From a virus (Duplodnaviria; Caudoviricetes), in IMG/VR virus record IMGVR_UViG_3300025048_000003, positions 1 through 57,049 of that record: 57,049 nt of DNA; one strand, given 5' to 3'. Under the pieces are notes generated by a model. The model made no database searches. It was not told where the DNA came from and saw nothing but the letters and a program-made list of their open reading frames with translations. Position numbers and translations under genes: made by a program. This document shows positions 6,943-17,500 of this stretch, piece after piece. The stretch's first letter is position 1; the number at the start of each line of letters is the position of its first letter.

Positions 6943-7321
6943 TGAATGGGATATAGGAAACCTAAAGGCTATAGCGGAAAACATTTTCCAGCCTATACGT
7001 GATCATTTCGGTGTACCCATTGGGGTGTCTTCTGGATACCGAGGGAAGGACTTAAATAAAGCTGTAGGGGGGAGTAAGTACTCTCAGCATATGACAGGAG
7101 AGGCTTTGGATATAGACGCGGATATCCACGGAAAGGTAACTAACGCTGATATATTTAAATTCGTTAAAAATAACCTTCACTGGGATCAGATGATCTGGGA
7201 GTTCGGAGATGACGAGAACCCCGCATGGATTCACGTGTCATTCAAAGAAGGTGGCGGTAACAGATGTCAGGTCAAGCGAGCCTACCGAGATGAAAAGGGT
7301 ATCTACTACAGGGTGTTGTAA
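6860..7321 (+). CDS. endolysin, peptidase M15A family
   Basis: Motifs SSGYR...N..VGG...SQH..GEALD and WIHVS. Start moved to ATG 6860 (MRLSKNLTL). Confidence 0.85.
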   Translation: MRLSKNLTLREAVKSNTATRLGIDNRPDEWDIGNLKAIAENIFQPIRDHFGVPIGVSSGYRGKDLNKAVGGSKYSQHMTGEALDIDADIHGKVTNADIFKFVKNNLHWDQMIWEFGDDENPAWIHVSFKEGGGNRCQVKRAYRDEKGIYYRVL

Positions 7322-7725
7322 AAACGCTGTACCGCTAGCCTACCTTTCTGCGTCATCGCATAACGAACTCTGTAATTATATTTTGTCTCATCACGAAACA
7401 GGTGGTCCTCTAGCGTCTGAGACGGTGTAAGCTTATCGAAGTGTTTATATAAGTACCCACTAGACACAAGGGGGTATATCATTCTATCAGCTAGGTTCTT
7501 CTTGTACATACCGTAGTTCTCTGCTACCCACGATATAGTAAAGAATTCTAAATCGTAAAGGAACAGCATCAAGTTTAGGTAAGATCTGGTTAGGTCTGGG
7601 TTGCTCTCCAGAAAGTCATCCGTAGCGCTACGCAAGTTCTTTAAGTGATTATGCTTTACATACCTTTCTGGAAGCTTTGAAACCTCTCGAAATAACCTTG
7701 TTTTCTTAACGCTTGACCTAGGCAT
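7306..7725 (-). CDS. putative winged-helix DNA-binding protein
   Basis: Pattern LV..GYL ... Y.MT.KGR resembles the MarR-type wing. Lone counter-oriented gene. Confidence 0.5.
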   Translation of the reverse strand: MPRSSVKKTRLFREVSKLPERYVKHNHLKNLRSATDDFLESNPDLTRSYLNLMLFLYDLEFFTISWVAENYGMYKKNLADRMIYPLVSSGYLYKHFDKLTPSQTLEDHLFRDETKYNYRVRYAMTQKGRLAVQRFYNTL

Positions 7726-7765
7726 GTGTATTGTGTCGTATATTTGACTTAAACAAATTTACATC

Positions 7766-8062
7766 ATGAACCCTAAGGACACCCTCTTCTTTGCCGAAAT
7801 GTATTCTCTCGTCAAAAAGATGGAGGAGACAATTGATGAGTTCGAAATGAAAGATCGCACCCTAGCCTCTATAGTCGTTGGAGTTATAGACTTCGAAGCT
7901 GTAGAAGATGGAGATGAAAGCGCAGAGATGAAAACAATGTACAGCTTTAACCTAGAAAGTAGGGCGGAGTTAGATACACTAAAAGAAGTAATGGATAGCG
8001 CATATCAAGAAAACGATTCATTAGACGACCTCTTGGGTGATTTGGGCATATCCCTAAACTAA
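7766..8062 (+). CDS. acidic hypothetical protein
   Basis: 98 aa ORF downstream of TATATTTG at 7739-7746. Confidence 0.7.
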   Translation: MNPKDTLFFAEMYSLVKKMEETIDEFEMKDRTLASIVVGVIDFEAVEDGDESAEMKTMYSFNLESRAELDTLKEVMDSAYQENDSLDDLLGDLGISLN

Positions 8063-8063
8063 A

Positions 8064-8300
8064 ATGGAAGGACTTATTAGAAAAATTGTCGTCGGCAAGG
8101 AGCCCAAAGACGGCATGGCTTATTATATCGGCATGAAAGCTGGCCGAGGTGTTGTATCCGCTATACTAGAAGATGAACGTCACTTGCATAAGTTTGGCAA
8201 GAAGAGATATCTTGTATATATTGAGAACGATGAAGGTACCTTGCTATGGAAATCCATAGATGAGATGCCCTGTATGTTAGAGTTTGATCTGAATTTTTAA
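8064..8300 (+). CDS. hypothetical protein
   Basis: 78 aa ORF, contiguous in the operon. Confidence 0.7.
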   Translation: MEGLIRKIVVGKEPKDGMAYYIGMKAGRGVVSAILEDERHLHKFGKKRYLVYIENDEGTLLWKSIDEMPCMLEFDLNF

Positions 8301-8303
8301 TTG

Positions 8304-8888
8304 ATGAGAACATTTGACTTATTTATCGTTAAGCTAGACAAACGGCTTGATGATAAGATGACGACCCCTGGAGGGCTGGAGCTTTTTATAGATACTAAAT
8401 TTAATGAGTTTGAAAACAGAATCCAAGAAGGTCCCGTTGTTGCGGCGCCTTTTAAACACGATACAGGGGTTGAGGTTGGGGACACGCTTTATTTCCATCA
8501 TCTGGTGGTGCTTAACGAAGGTCAGGCACTTACTGGAGAGCCTAATCACTATACTGTTCGCTTTGATCCAGAGCATACTATTAATAACCAGGCTATTGCT
8601 TATAAAGATCAGCATACTGGGGATATACGCCCTCTTGCGGGTTGGAGCCTTCTTGAGCCAGTCGAAGAAGAGGAGGTTCAAGAGTCGGACACTATCGAAT
8701 TGGTTAAACTATCAGAGGTCCCTGTCACAAAAGGTCGTGTCGCGTTTGAGGCTCCTTGGATTAATGAGATAGGAGCTAAAGTGGGTGACATAGTTGGATT
8801 TCGCAAGAACATGGACTATCGAGTTAACATTGATGGTAAGGAGTATTACCGAACCCGCGCAGAAGATTTGTTATATGTCGAAGTCTAA
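8304..8888 (+). CDS. GroES-like co-chaperonin, apparently two tandem domains
   Basis: T.GGL.L, G.VVA.P, VEVGD.LYF in the first half; IRPL.GW.LLEP, KVGD.VGF, IDGKEYY..R.EDLL in the second. Confidence 0.7.
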   Translation: MRTFDLFIVKLDKRLDDKMTTPGGLELFIDTKFNEFENRIQEGPVVAAPFKHDTGVEVGDTLYFHHLVVLNEGQALTGEPNHYTVRFDPEHTINNQAIAYKDQHTGDIRPLAGWSLLEPVEEEEVQESDTIELVKLSEVPVTKGRVAFEAPWINEIGAKVGDIVGFRKNMDYRVNIDGKEYYRTRAEDLLYVEV

Positions 8889-9165
8889 ATTCACTACTGT
8901 AAGCGCCGCTAGAAGACTCATGCAAAGCATGGAGATAGCTATCAATAATATGATCGAGGAAGTCAAAAAGCCAGTAGACCCCGAAGCAGGGGGCTCTGCG
9001 CGTAAGGCCGAGCTCCAATCCATAAAGCAAACTGCTATCGACTGTAAAGAGCTTTTGGTGGAGCGCCAGAGGCTAGAACAAATGGTTAAAGAACTAAACG
9101 ACAATGGAGAAATCGAAAAAGACAAAGACTACTCAGGAGGATTCGCAGAGCGATTCTCAAAATAA
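8875..9165 (+). CDS. putative terminase small subunit
   Basis: Helical 96 aa protein just upstream of TerL, with a GGFAERFSK end. Assignment is by synteny. Confidence 0.5.
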   Translation: MSKSKFTTVSAARRLMQSMEIAINNMIEEVKKPVDPEAGGSARKAELQSIKQTAIDCKELLVERQRLEQMVKELNDNGEIEKDKDYSGGFAERFSK

Positions 9166-9246
9166 CCCAAGCGGACTTGTATATTGGGGCGACTATGACT
9201 TTGACAATCAGACAGTTACAAGCTGTCACCTAGAAGTTAACTATAC

Positions 9247-9323
9247 GCCCTCGTAGCTCAGCTGGATAGAGCAACAGCCTTCTAAGCTGTGGGTCCTAGG
9301 TTCGAGTCCTAGCGGGGGTACCA
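9247..9323 (+). tRNA. tRNA-Arg (anticodon UCU) with encoded CCA
   Basis: Acceptor GCCCTCG/CGGGGGT, D-arm GCTC/GAGC, anticodon arm ACAGC-CTTCTAA-GCTGT, T-loop TTCGAGT, 3' ACCA. Confidence 0.97.
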
Positions 9324-9338
9324 ATTAAATTAAAAACT

Positions 9339-9527
9339 ATGCCTAATCTTATTTGTAAAAAATGTAAAGCAGAGAAATCTGTAAGAAGCCTGACCATGAA
9401 GCTTAAGAACGGTAGTGTTTACTACCCTGAAGGGCAGTGCGAATGCGGCGAACAAATGGAGATTAAAAACCCTAAAGAAGGCGTACCTTCGCTGGGTAGA
9501 ATGAACTCACATGGACAGAGCTACTGA
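9339..9527 (+). CDS. small zinc-ribbon protein
   Basis: CKKC ... CECG. Confidence 0.65.
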   Translation: MPNLICKKCKAEKSVRSLTMKLKNGSVYYPEGQCECGEQMEIKNPKEGVPSLGRMNSHGQSY

Positions 9528-11662
9528 TGTCCAATTTAATTGACATAGAAGGTTATGAAGCTAAGGGGATTAAGATCGACCCTAACGGTACAGAAGGAGA
9601 AACTGTCGAGCTCCACGGGTTACTCGTGGTCCTGCCGAAGAAACCGCGCAAATCGGAAATTCTCTTCCATGACCAACCAAAGAAGTTGCAGCTGTGGAAA
9701 CGCATCTCTATGCCAGAGGAAATGCGTAGGATACGCAGTATGGATGAGTGGTTCGAAAAGCCTGCCGAGTTTCGGAACAAGTTTCGTTCTTACATCGAAC
9801 AAGAGTTTCAGCGTAGGCGTGACGGTGTATGGTTTTACAATAATGGGAAACCTACGTATATTACAGGGAGACACTATATGTTTCTACAATGGTCTAAAAT
9901 TGATATCGGATATCCATCATACCTCGCTTTCCAAAAAGACATCTTTACGCACATGGCTGCTTGTGAAGCTGACCCTCGTTGTTTCGGTCAGCTTTATACT
10001 AAGTGTCGTCGTTCTGGCTACACTAACGTATGCTCTGCTGTCTTGGTGGATGAAGCTAGTCAAGTTAAAGAGAAGCTTCTTGGCATACAGTCGAAGACTG
10101 GTAAAGACTCGCAGGAAAACATCTTTATGAAGAAGGTGGTTGCGATCTTTCGCAGCTACCCATTCTTTTTTAAGCCTATCCAGGACGGTACCACAAACCC
10201 ACGTATGGAGCTAGCATTTCGGGAACCTTCGAAGCGTATTACTAAAAACAATAAAACATCTCAGATTGGTGATGCCCTTAATTCAGTAATCAACTGGAAG
10301 AACACCACGAACAACGCATATGACGGCGAAAAGCTACACATGTTATATCTCGATGAGGCTGGTAAGTGGGAGAAACCCACTGACATCAGAGAGGCGTGGA
10401 GGATTGAGCGTACTTGCTTGATCGTGGGTAAAAGAGTGGTCGGTAAAGCTCTGGTGGGGAGTACAGTAAACCCCATGAATAAAGGAGGTGAAGAGTACCG
10501 AGAGTTATGGGCTGACTCCGATCCTAATGAAAGAAATCAGAACGGACGAACTAGGTCAGGACTATACAGAATATTCATCCCAGCCTATAACGCACTAGAA
10601 GGGTTCTTTGATGTTTACGGTAACGCTGTTATTGATGACCCCTCCCAAAACGTACATATACATGGTATAGACGGGGAGGTTATTGATCAAGGCAGTAAGA
10701 CTTACCTTAAAAACGAGCGCAGCTCCTTTAAAAACGACCCCTCTGAACTAAACGAGATCATTCGTCAGTTCCCTTTTACTGAGGACGAGGCCTTTAGAGA
10801 TAGTATCGAGGGCAGTCTATTTAATATCGGTAAGATCTACCAGCAAATAGAGTTTAATGAAGATATGTTTCCTAGCCCAGTAGTAAAGGGTAACTTCATG
10901 TGGAGAAAGAAAGACGAAGAGGTTGTTTTCTCTCCAGATCCTAATGGTAGGTTTAGGGTGTCCTGGATGCCACCCGATCACCTAAGAAATCAGAAGAGTG
11001 ACGAGCGAGGCAAAAAGGTGGCCCCTAATTCGCATATCGGAGTAGGAGGTGTTGACTCGTATGATTTAGACGCTACCGTTGACGGCAGGGGATCTAAAGG
11101 TGCTCTTCATATGTATAATAAGTTCAGTATGGATGCCCCTTCAAATATGTTTGTTGTGGAGTATGCGTCTCGCCCTGACCTTGCCAGTATATTTTACGAA
11201 GATGTATTGATGTGCGCTTTTTTCTACGGATATCCTTTGCTTGTAGAGAACAATAAGTACGGTATCGTAAGGTACTTTGAGTCAAGAGGTTACGACGGTT
11301 ACTTAATGGATCGACCTGATTTCTTAAAGACTGGCAACTCATCTGCTAACGTAAGGACTAAGGGTATTCCATCGAACTCACAAGATGTGATACAGTCTCA
11401 CGCTCAATCTATCGAAGCCTATATACATGACCATGTAGGCATAAAGGCTGAGACTGAGGAGTTTGGAAATATGTACTTTAACAAAACCTTAGAGGATTGG
11501 ATTGCGTATAAAATAGACAAGAGGACTAAGTTTGACTTGACAATCAGCTCTGGGTTGGCGCTTCTTGGTGCTCAGAAATCTAAAAAGAAAGAGCGTGTTG
11601 TTTCAGACCTTGGTAATAAGAAGTTTTTTAGGACTCACAAGCCTAAAGCCTGGCACTTCTAG
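9527..11662 (+). CDS. terL: terminase large subunit
   Basis: Walker A KCRRSGYT, Walker B LYLDEAGK, GST motif, nuclease GGVDSYD. Directly upstream of the portal. Confidence 0.92.
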   Translation: MSNLIDIEGYEAKGIKIDPNGTEGETVELHGLLVVLPKKPRKSEILFHDQPKKLQLWKRISMPEEMRRIRSMDEWFEKPAEFRNKFRSYIEQEFQRRRDGVWFYNNGKPTYITGRHYMFLQWSKIDIGYPSYLAFQKDIFTHMAACEADPRCFGQLYTKCRRSGYTNVCSAVLVDEASQVKEKLLGIQSKTGKDSQENIFMKKVVAIFRSYPFFFKPIQDGTTNPRMELAFREPSKRITKNNKTSQIGDALNSVINWKNTTNNAYDGEKLHMLYLDEAGKWEKPTDIREAWRIERTCLIVGKRVVGKALVGSTVNPMNKGGEEYRELWADSDPNERNQNGRTRSGLYRIFIPAYNALEGFFDVYGNAVIDDPSQNVHIHGIDGEVIDQGSKTYLKNERSSFKNDPSELNEIIRQFPFTEDEAFRDSIEGSLFNIGKIYQQIEFNEDMFPSPVVKGNFMWRKKDEEVVFSPDPNGRFRVSWMPPDHLRNQKSDERGKKVAPNSHIGVGGVDSYDLDATVDGRGSKGALHMYNKFSMDAPSNMFVVEYASRPDLASIFYEDVLMCAFFYGYPLLVENNKYGIVRYFESRGYDGYLMDRPDFLKTGNSSANVRTKGIPSNSQDVIQSHAQSIEAYIHDHVGIKAETEEFGNMYFNKTLEDWIAYKIDKRTKFDLTISSGLALLGAQKSKKKERVVSDLGNKKFFRTHKPKAWHF

Positions 11663-11708
11663 TTTTACTATATTTGCATTGGAGTTATAATAACTCAGCT
11701 CATTGCAA

Positions 11709-14138
11709 ATGTACAGTAATAACAAAAAATCTAGCTTTCCAGACCCTTTAGCACCTTCTGAGCAAAAACAAAGCAAGGAATATGGTCTTAGCTATGCCAA
11801 AGCTGTGTACAAACAGTGGGGCAAGATGGATCAGCATAATTCTATTTTTGGGAATAGAAAAAAAACGTTTGAAAGAAATCGAAGGTACGCAAATGGAACT
11901 CAGGACACGGCCATTTACAAGTCTCTTCTTACCTCTTTAGACCCTAACAATGGCGATGGAAGTATGATCAATATTGATTTTACTCCAGTTCCTATTTTAC
12001 CCAAGTTCGTTCGAATCGTTGTAAACAAAATTCTATCGCTCTCTCCATATCCTAATCTAGAAGCTATTGACCCTCTGTCTTCTTCAGAGAAGGACAAAGA
12101 AAGAAGAAAGATAGAAATGATGATACTGGCTAAAAATCAACTAGTCAAGATTGAAGAAAAAACAGGCGTTGTTGTAGGCAAAAGCTCTAGTGAGATACCA
12201 GAAACGCTAGAGGAGGCTGAAATATTTATAGGAGAAAACATTAAGTCTTCTTCCGAGATAGCAGCACAAATAGGTACTAATTTGACGCTTGACTGGAATG
12301 ATTTTAACGACTCTGTTCTTAGGAGGTGCGTAAACGATCTCGCCGTTACTGGTATGTCCGTGGTGAAGAGGTCAAACGACCCTAGTTATGGGATAAAAAC
12401 TGACTACATAGATCCCGTTAACTTCGTTCATAGCTTTACAGAAGATCCAAATTTTTCTGACCTTACTTATGCTGGTCATGTTCGGTATGTTCCTATCCAT
12501 GAGTTAAAACGCATGGCTGGAGATCAGTTTACCGAGGAGGAGTTTAAGGAGATTGCTCAAACAGCTCAAAAGAAATATGGATACGATTCAGGCAAGCTGT
12601 CTCAATCCTCTTATGATAGAACAAACAATAGGTCTAGTTTTGGTTACGACGAATACATGGTTGAGGTGCTTGACTTTGAGTTTATGTCTGTTGATTGCGA
12701 ATACTTCGAGAATAAAGAAAGCAGATATGGTAATGTGGGGTTTTACTCTAAAGGTGAAAACTACAAAGGCCCTCAAAACTCTGTTTTTAACAGGGAGGTT
12801 GTTAAGCTAGAGTCTGCTTCTATATATGGAGGTTGTTATGTTTTGGGTACTGATTTTCTCTTCAATTACAGCAAGAAAAACAACATACCTAAAAACGTTC
12901 ACGACATCTCTAAAACCAACCTGTCGTATTCGGTTTGTTCTACAAACATCTTAGACATGATGCCTAAGTCTATGGTTGATAGCTGCATCGGTTTCGCTGA
13001 TCAATTACAGCTTACTCACCTGAAGATTCAGCAGGCAGTCGCTAAAGCAAAACCAGATGGTATCATCATTGATATTGAGGGGTTAGAAAACGTTCAGCTG
13101 GGAAAAGGCGGGGAATTACAGCCTTTGGACTTACACGACATTTATGAGCAGACTGGCGTGTTCTACTACAGGAGTAAAAACCCAGAGGGGGGGTTCCAAA
13201 ACCCACCTATTCGTGAAATAGGCAACAGCATTAGAAACGTAAATGAACTGATAGGGCTGTATAACCACTACCTAAAGATGATCCGCGACGCGACAGGAAT
13301 TAACGAAGTGATGGACGCTTCTTCTCCTAAGGGTGATGCGCTTGTTGGTGTTCGTCAACAAGCCTTGGCAGCAGCCAACAACGCTATATATGATATTACT
13401 AACGCTTCTATGATTCTTTACAAGAAGGTTTGTAGCGATATTGTTAAGTGTTTACAGGTAATTCATCCCGACTCTATTCTACACCGTATTTACGAAAACG
13501 CTATTGGGGTGGAAAACATGTCGGTTTTGACCTCTTTCCACAATTTATCTATGTACAACTTTGGGGTTCGTGTAGTTAAAGAAATGGAAGATTCTGAGCG
13601 TCAGTACTTAGAACAAAATATTCAGATAGCTCTTAGTCAGAAGGAAATAGATCTAGAGGACGCCATAGCTGTTCGTCAGTTAAGAGATATAAACCAAGCT
13701 GAAAAGCTTCTTGTTGTTCGTAGAAAAAAGAGAATGGCTAAACAACAACAGGTTGCTATGCAGAATTCTCAGCAGCAAGCTCAGATTCAACAGCAGTCAG
13801 CTCAAGCATCATCTGAAGCTAGACAGCAAGAGATGCAAATGGAAGCTCAACTAAAAGCTCAAGAGCTGGAGTTAAAAGCCCAGCTTGAAGCTCAGCTAGA
13901 GGAAGTTAAACACGGGTTTAGAAAAGAGATAGAGATCATTAAGGCTGATGCTATGTCCAACAAGTCTGAATCAGAAAGGCAGTTTAAGTCTCAGATCGAA
14001 AACACAAAAGATGACCGTAAGGACGATAGAGTCAAAAAGCAGGCCGTTGAGCAGAGCAAGTTGCTTTCTCAAAGAAATGGTGAGAGAGGGGAATTACCAG
14101 AGCAATCGGCAGACATAACATCAGAAATACTAGGATAA
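11709..14138 (+). CDS. portal protein
   Basis: About 810 aa, follows TerL; PILPKFV motif and Q-rich coiled-coil C-terminus as in crAss-like portals. Confidence 0.85.
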   Translation: MYSNNKKSSFPDPLAPSEQKQSKEYGLSYAKAVYKQWGKMDQHNSIFGNRKKTFERNRRYANGTQDTAIYKSLLTSLDPNNGDGSMINIDFTPVPILPKFVRIVVNKILSLSPYPNLEAIDPLSSSEKDKERRKIEMMILAKNQLVKIEEKTGVVVGKSSSEIPETLEEAEIFIGENIKSSSEIAAQIGTNLTLDWNDFNDSVLRRCVNDLAVTGMSVVKRSNDPSYGIKTDYIDPVNFVHSFTEDPNFSDLTYAGHVRYVPIHELKRMAGDQFTEEEFKEIAQTAQKKYGYDSGKLSQSSYDRTNNRSSFGYDEYMVEVLDFEFMSVDCEYFENKESRYGNVGFYSKGENYKGPQNSVFNREVVKLESASIYGGCYVLGTDFLFNYSKKNNIPKNVHDISKTNLSYSVCSTNILDMMPKSMVDSCIGFADQLQLTHLKIQQAVAKAKPDGIIIDIEGLENVQLGKGGELQPLDLHDIYEQTGVFYYRSKNPEGGFQNPPIREIGNSIRNVNELIGLYNHYLKMIRDATGINEVMDASSPKGDALVGVRQQALAAANNAIYDITNASMILYKKVCSDIVKCLQVIHPDSILHRIYENAIGVENMSVLTSFHNLSMYNFGVRVVKEMEDSERQYLEQNIQIALSQKEIDLEDAIAVRQLRDINQAEKLLVVRRKKRMAKQQQVAMQNSQQQAQIQQQSAQASSEARQQEMQMEAQLKAQELELKAQLEAQLEEVKHGFRKEIEIIKADAMSNKSESERQFKSQIENTKDDRKDDRVKKQAVEQSKLLSQRNGERGELPEQSADITSEILG

Positions 14139-14139
14139 G

Positions 14140-14544
14140 ATGAGTAAGGTTTTAAACTTAGACAGGTCACAGCGTCTTGATTTAATATGTAGAAAAGGAG
14201 ATACGTTTACACTTAATCTAGAGCTTAAAGACGAAAGCGGTGTGGCCTTAGACCTCAATGACCAAAGAAACAAGTACGCCTTTAAGATGGATGTCCGACT
14301 TAGTGATACCGATCAGTTAAATGTAGTTGATGTAACCCCTAAAATTTCTGCTGACACCCCTGGCTTGGTTACTTTCTCTGTTGATGCCGTTAACATGATT
14401 ATGGATTCTGGTCTTTATGTTTATGATATTCAACAAACCAGGACGGATCCAGCCCCAGACCCAGATGTTGTGCTTTCTGTAGACACCTTGATATTTGGTA
14501 CATTCAAAGTAAATGAAGACGTAACCATCGACTCAGTTAAATAA
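14140..14544 (+). CDS. tail fibre attachment (BppU-like) protein
   Basis: Pattern ..KGDTF...L.LKD..G...DL and G.YVYDIQ...TL..G.F.V.EDVT. Confidence 0.55.
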   Translation: MSKVLNLDRSQRLDLICRKGDTFTLNLELKDESGVALDLNDQRNKYAFKMDVRLSDTDQLNVVDVTPKISADTPGLVTFSVDAVNMIMDSGLYVYDIQQTRTDPAPDPDVVLSVDTLIFGTFKVNEDVTIDSVK

Positions 14545-17500
14545 TGGCAAAGGTTAAGATTACAGTATCGAAAGGTCCTCAAGGCCCTCAAGGACCTCAA
14601 GGACCTTTAGGTCCAGTCGGTCCCTCTGGCCCTCAGGGTATCCAAGGTCAGCCTGGATCAGACGGAACCGTAACGGGTAATATAAATAATATTAGCAACG
14701 TTTCCTTAGATTTTAATGCAGCTAATCTAACCACACAACTAATACCAACCGTAGGGGATGTAAGCCCTTTGTATCAGAGGGTTTTAGTTTGGGATCCAGT
14801 TGACAACAACATTAAGCTCCTTGAAGACACCCCAGGAACCTATGTTGTTAACGCAATCGGAGGTAGCCCGTCAGCTGGATATCAATTTGTTAGTCCTATA
14901 TTTTCTTCAACAACGGGCGGATCTATACCTGGCCTCTTTGCTAGTGACGCCACTATATCTGTAAATGAGTCTGGTCAAATACCAACCTCTGCTAACTTAT
15001 ATGTAAATGGTAATGTAAGGTTCAATGGAGCCATACAGGTGGGCGACACATCTAGCATATCTTACTCTTTCCCAACCGCAGATGGTTCTGCTGGTCATTT
15101 TCTCAAGACAGACGGAAACGGTCAATTATCGTTTGCCGCAGGATCTTCACTCTCCTTGGGTACTACTAGCACTACAGCTCTTGCTGGAGACACCACAACT
15201 ATAACCTCCGCGCAAGCATCAGCTATTACCGCTAATACGTCAAAAGTTAGCTACACTGATGCAAGCGCGGTAGCTGCAAATTCTGTAAAGGTTGGCATCA
15301 CTACGCAGCAAGCTTCTGACATAACTGCAAACAATGCAAAGACGGGAATAACGTCAGGGCAAGCTTCGGCAATAACGGCAAACACAGCAAAAGTTAGTTA
15401 CACTGATGGGGCTGTAGATTCAAGAATTGCAGCCGCTAACATATCGGACTTAACCGATATTCCAGCTATAGGAACGGCGGGTCAAGTGTTAGTCGTAAAC
15501 TCTGGAGCCACAGCTTTGGAGTATGCTGATCAGACCTCAGGGGGGAGCTCTGCCTGGACGACTACTGGTAACGACATCTACTACACTACTGGTAATGTAG
15601 GTATTGGTACAACCTCACCTAGCCAAGCCCTTCATGTAAGTGGTACGGATAAGCATATCTACATTGAGGACGGTAATCTGAAGCTGGACAGGAATAACGA
15701 GGGCAGGATTGAGTTCGGACTTGCTGCCCAGATGTGGGGGGCAAGCAATGCTAACTCTGCTTACCTTGAGAAAAGTGGAAGCGACTACCGCATAGACTTT
15801 CATACTCAGACGGGTGGATTAACATCTAGAAACACTTCAACTGGAAAGTATTTTAAAATTGAGCCTGAGCTATTCACCGTTAACGATTACGGAGCATTTA
15901 AGTACGTACAGCACAACGCGGCTAACAACAACAGCGGTAAGGTTTTAGAGTTTAGCAACGGGTCGGCCTCAGCCAACAGAGGTCTCGTTCAGATAAACGG
16001 AGACCTCAAGATTAACGACTACACAACTAGTAGTGCGGTTGAAAAAATTAAGCTTAGAAACGACGGGAAGATTAAAGCTATTTTTGGCACAGAGAATGTT
16101 ATTATTGGTGATGCGGAACAAAGCTTAACGGGGTATTCAAATACAGCAATCGGTTCATTTGCTCTTAGAGAAGCTGTATATGCTAATCAAAACGTAGCTA
16201 TTGGTCAGCAAGCTCAGAGGTATACAACTGGAAATTACAACGTGACGGTTGGTACTCAAGCCAATATGTATACCACGGGCTCCAGTAATGTAGTTGTTGG
16301 TGGTTTAGCAGCAAAGGGAGGTTCTACCTCTTCCTTTACTAACACAGTAGCAGTCGGCCACCAGGCTTTGACATCGCTGACTTCTGGGGCTAAAAATACA
16401 GCTGTTGGTTATCAAGTAAACTACGCTGTTACTACGGGTGCCAATAATACAGGTGTTGGCTTTCAAGCAAATAGATTTAATGTCACTACCAGCAATAACA
16501 CTGGATTCGGTTATCTTGCAAACAGCAGAAGCACGGGCTCTAATAACACGGCGGTTGGGTCTGAAGCTGCTGAGGGGGTAATTGGATCTTCCACCTTCTC
16601 TAACACGGTAGCCGTCGGTTACCAAGCTTTAACTGCACTGACTACAGGGGCTTCAAACACCGCTGTCGGTTACCAAGCGTTAACTGCGCTGACTACAGGG
16701 TCTAATAACACCGCTTTCGGGTATCAGGCGTTAGACACGACTGTCTCTGGGTCTCACAACACGGCAATCGGCAGGCTAGCAGGCTTCAGTCTTACAAGTG
16801 GCATTATCAATACGTTTGTTGGTTATAACGCTGGATACAACGTAACCTCATCAGGTAATAATGTTCTTATCGGCGGGCAAGCAGGCGAGGGTGTTTCGAC
16901 TGGGAGCGGAAACAACGTCGTTATCGGCAATGCTTCGATGCGTAACGTATCCACTGACGCAGCGTATAGCGTTTCCATTGGTTCTTCGGCGTTCAGATAC
17001 GGAACAGGTGACAATACCGTTGCTGTCGGTTATCAGGCCGCTATGGGTGTTTCAGGTTCAACTACATCCAACACACTAGCTGTAGGCTACCAAGCCTTAA
17101 CTGCATTAACTACTGGTTCTGGTAATACAGCTGTAGGTTATCAAGCTGGATTAGCTACAACGACAGGAGCTTCTAACGTTTTCGTTGGTTATCAAGCTGG
17201 ATCAGCCGTTACTACAGATTCCAACAAGCTCTATATAGCCAACTCAAATACATCCACCCCGCTTATTTATGGTGAGTTCGATAATGATGTCATAAAGGTT
17301 AACGGTACACTTGAAGTTACGGAAGGGATCACGATAAATAAGACAGCAGACACACACTTCAGCCACAATGGGGATGTGATGTATTTCGGGTCAGGTTCTA
17401 CTACGCAGGGAGAGCTTTGTTACCTCAACTCAAGCGGGGGGTGGACAGCAGCTGATGCTGATGCCACAGGCACAGCAGGTGGCGTGATGCTGGCTATCGC

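Noticed and set aside
9104-9256. 50-aa ORF (MEKSKKTK...) overlapping terS and the tRNA
   Set aside because: It overlaps two better-supported features and has no independent support.
9527-11662. Intron or intein in TerL (also checked NrdJ and the helicase)
   Set aside because: The ORFs are continuous and of ordinary length, with no splicing or homing-endonuclease motifs seen.
16140-17210. Tail-fibre repeats as a diversity-generating retroelement
   Set aside because: They are in-frame protein repeats. No reverse transcriptase or adenine-specific template/variable pair is visible.
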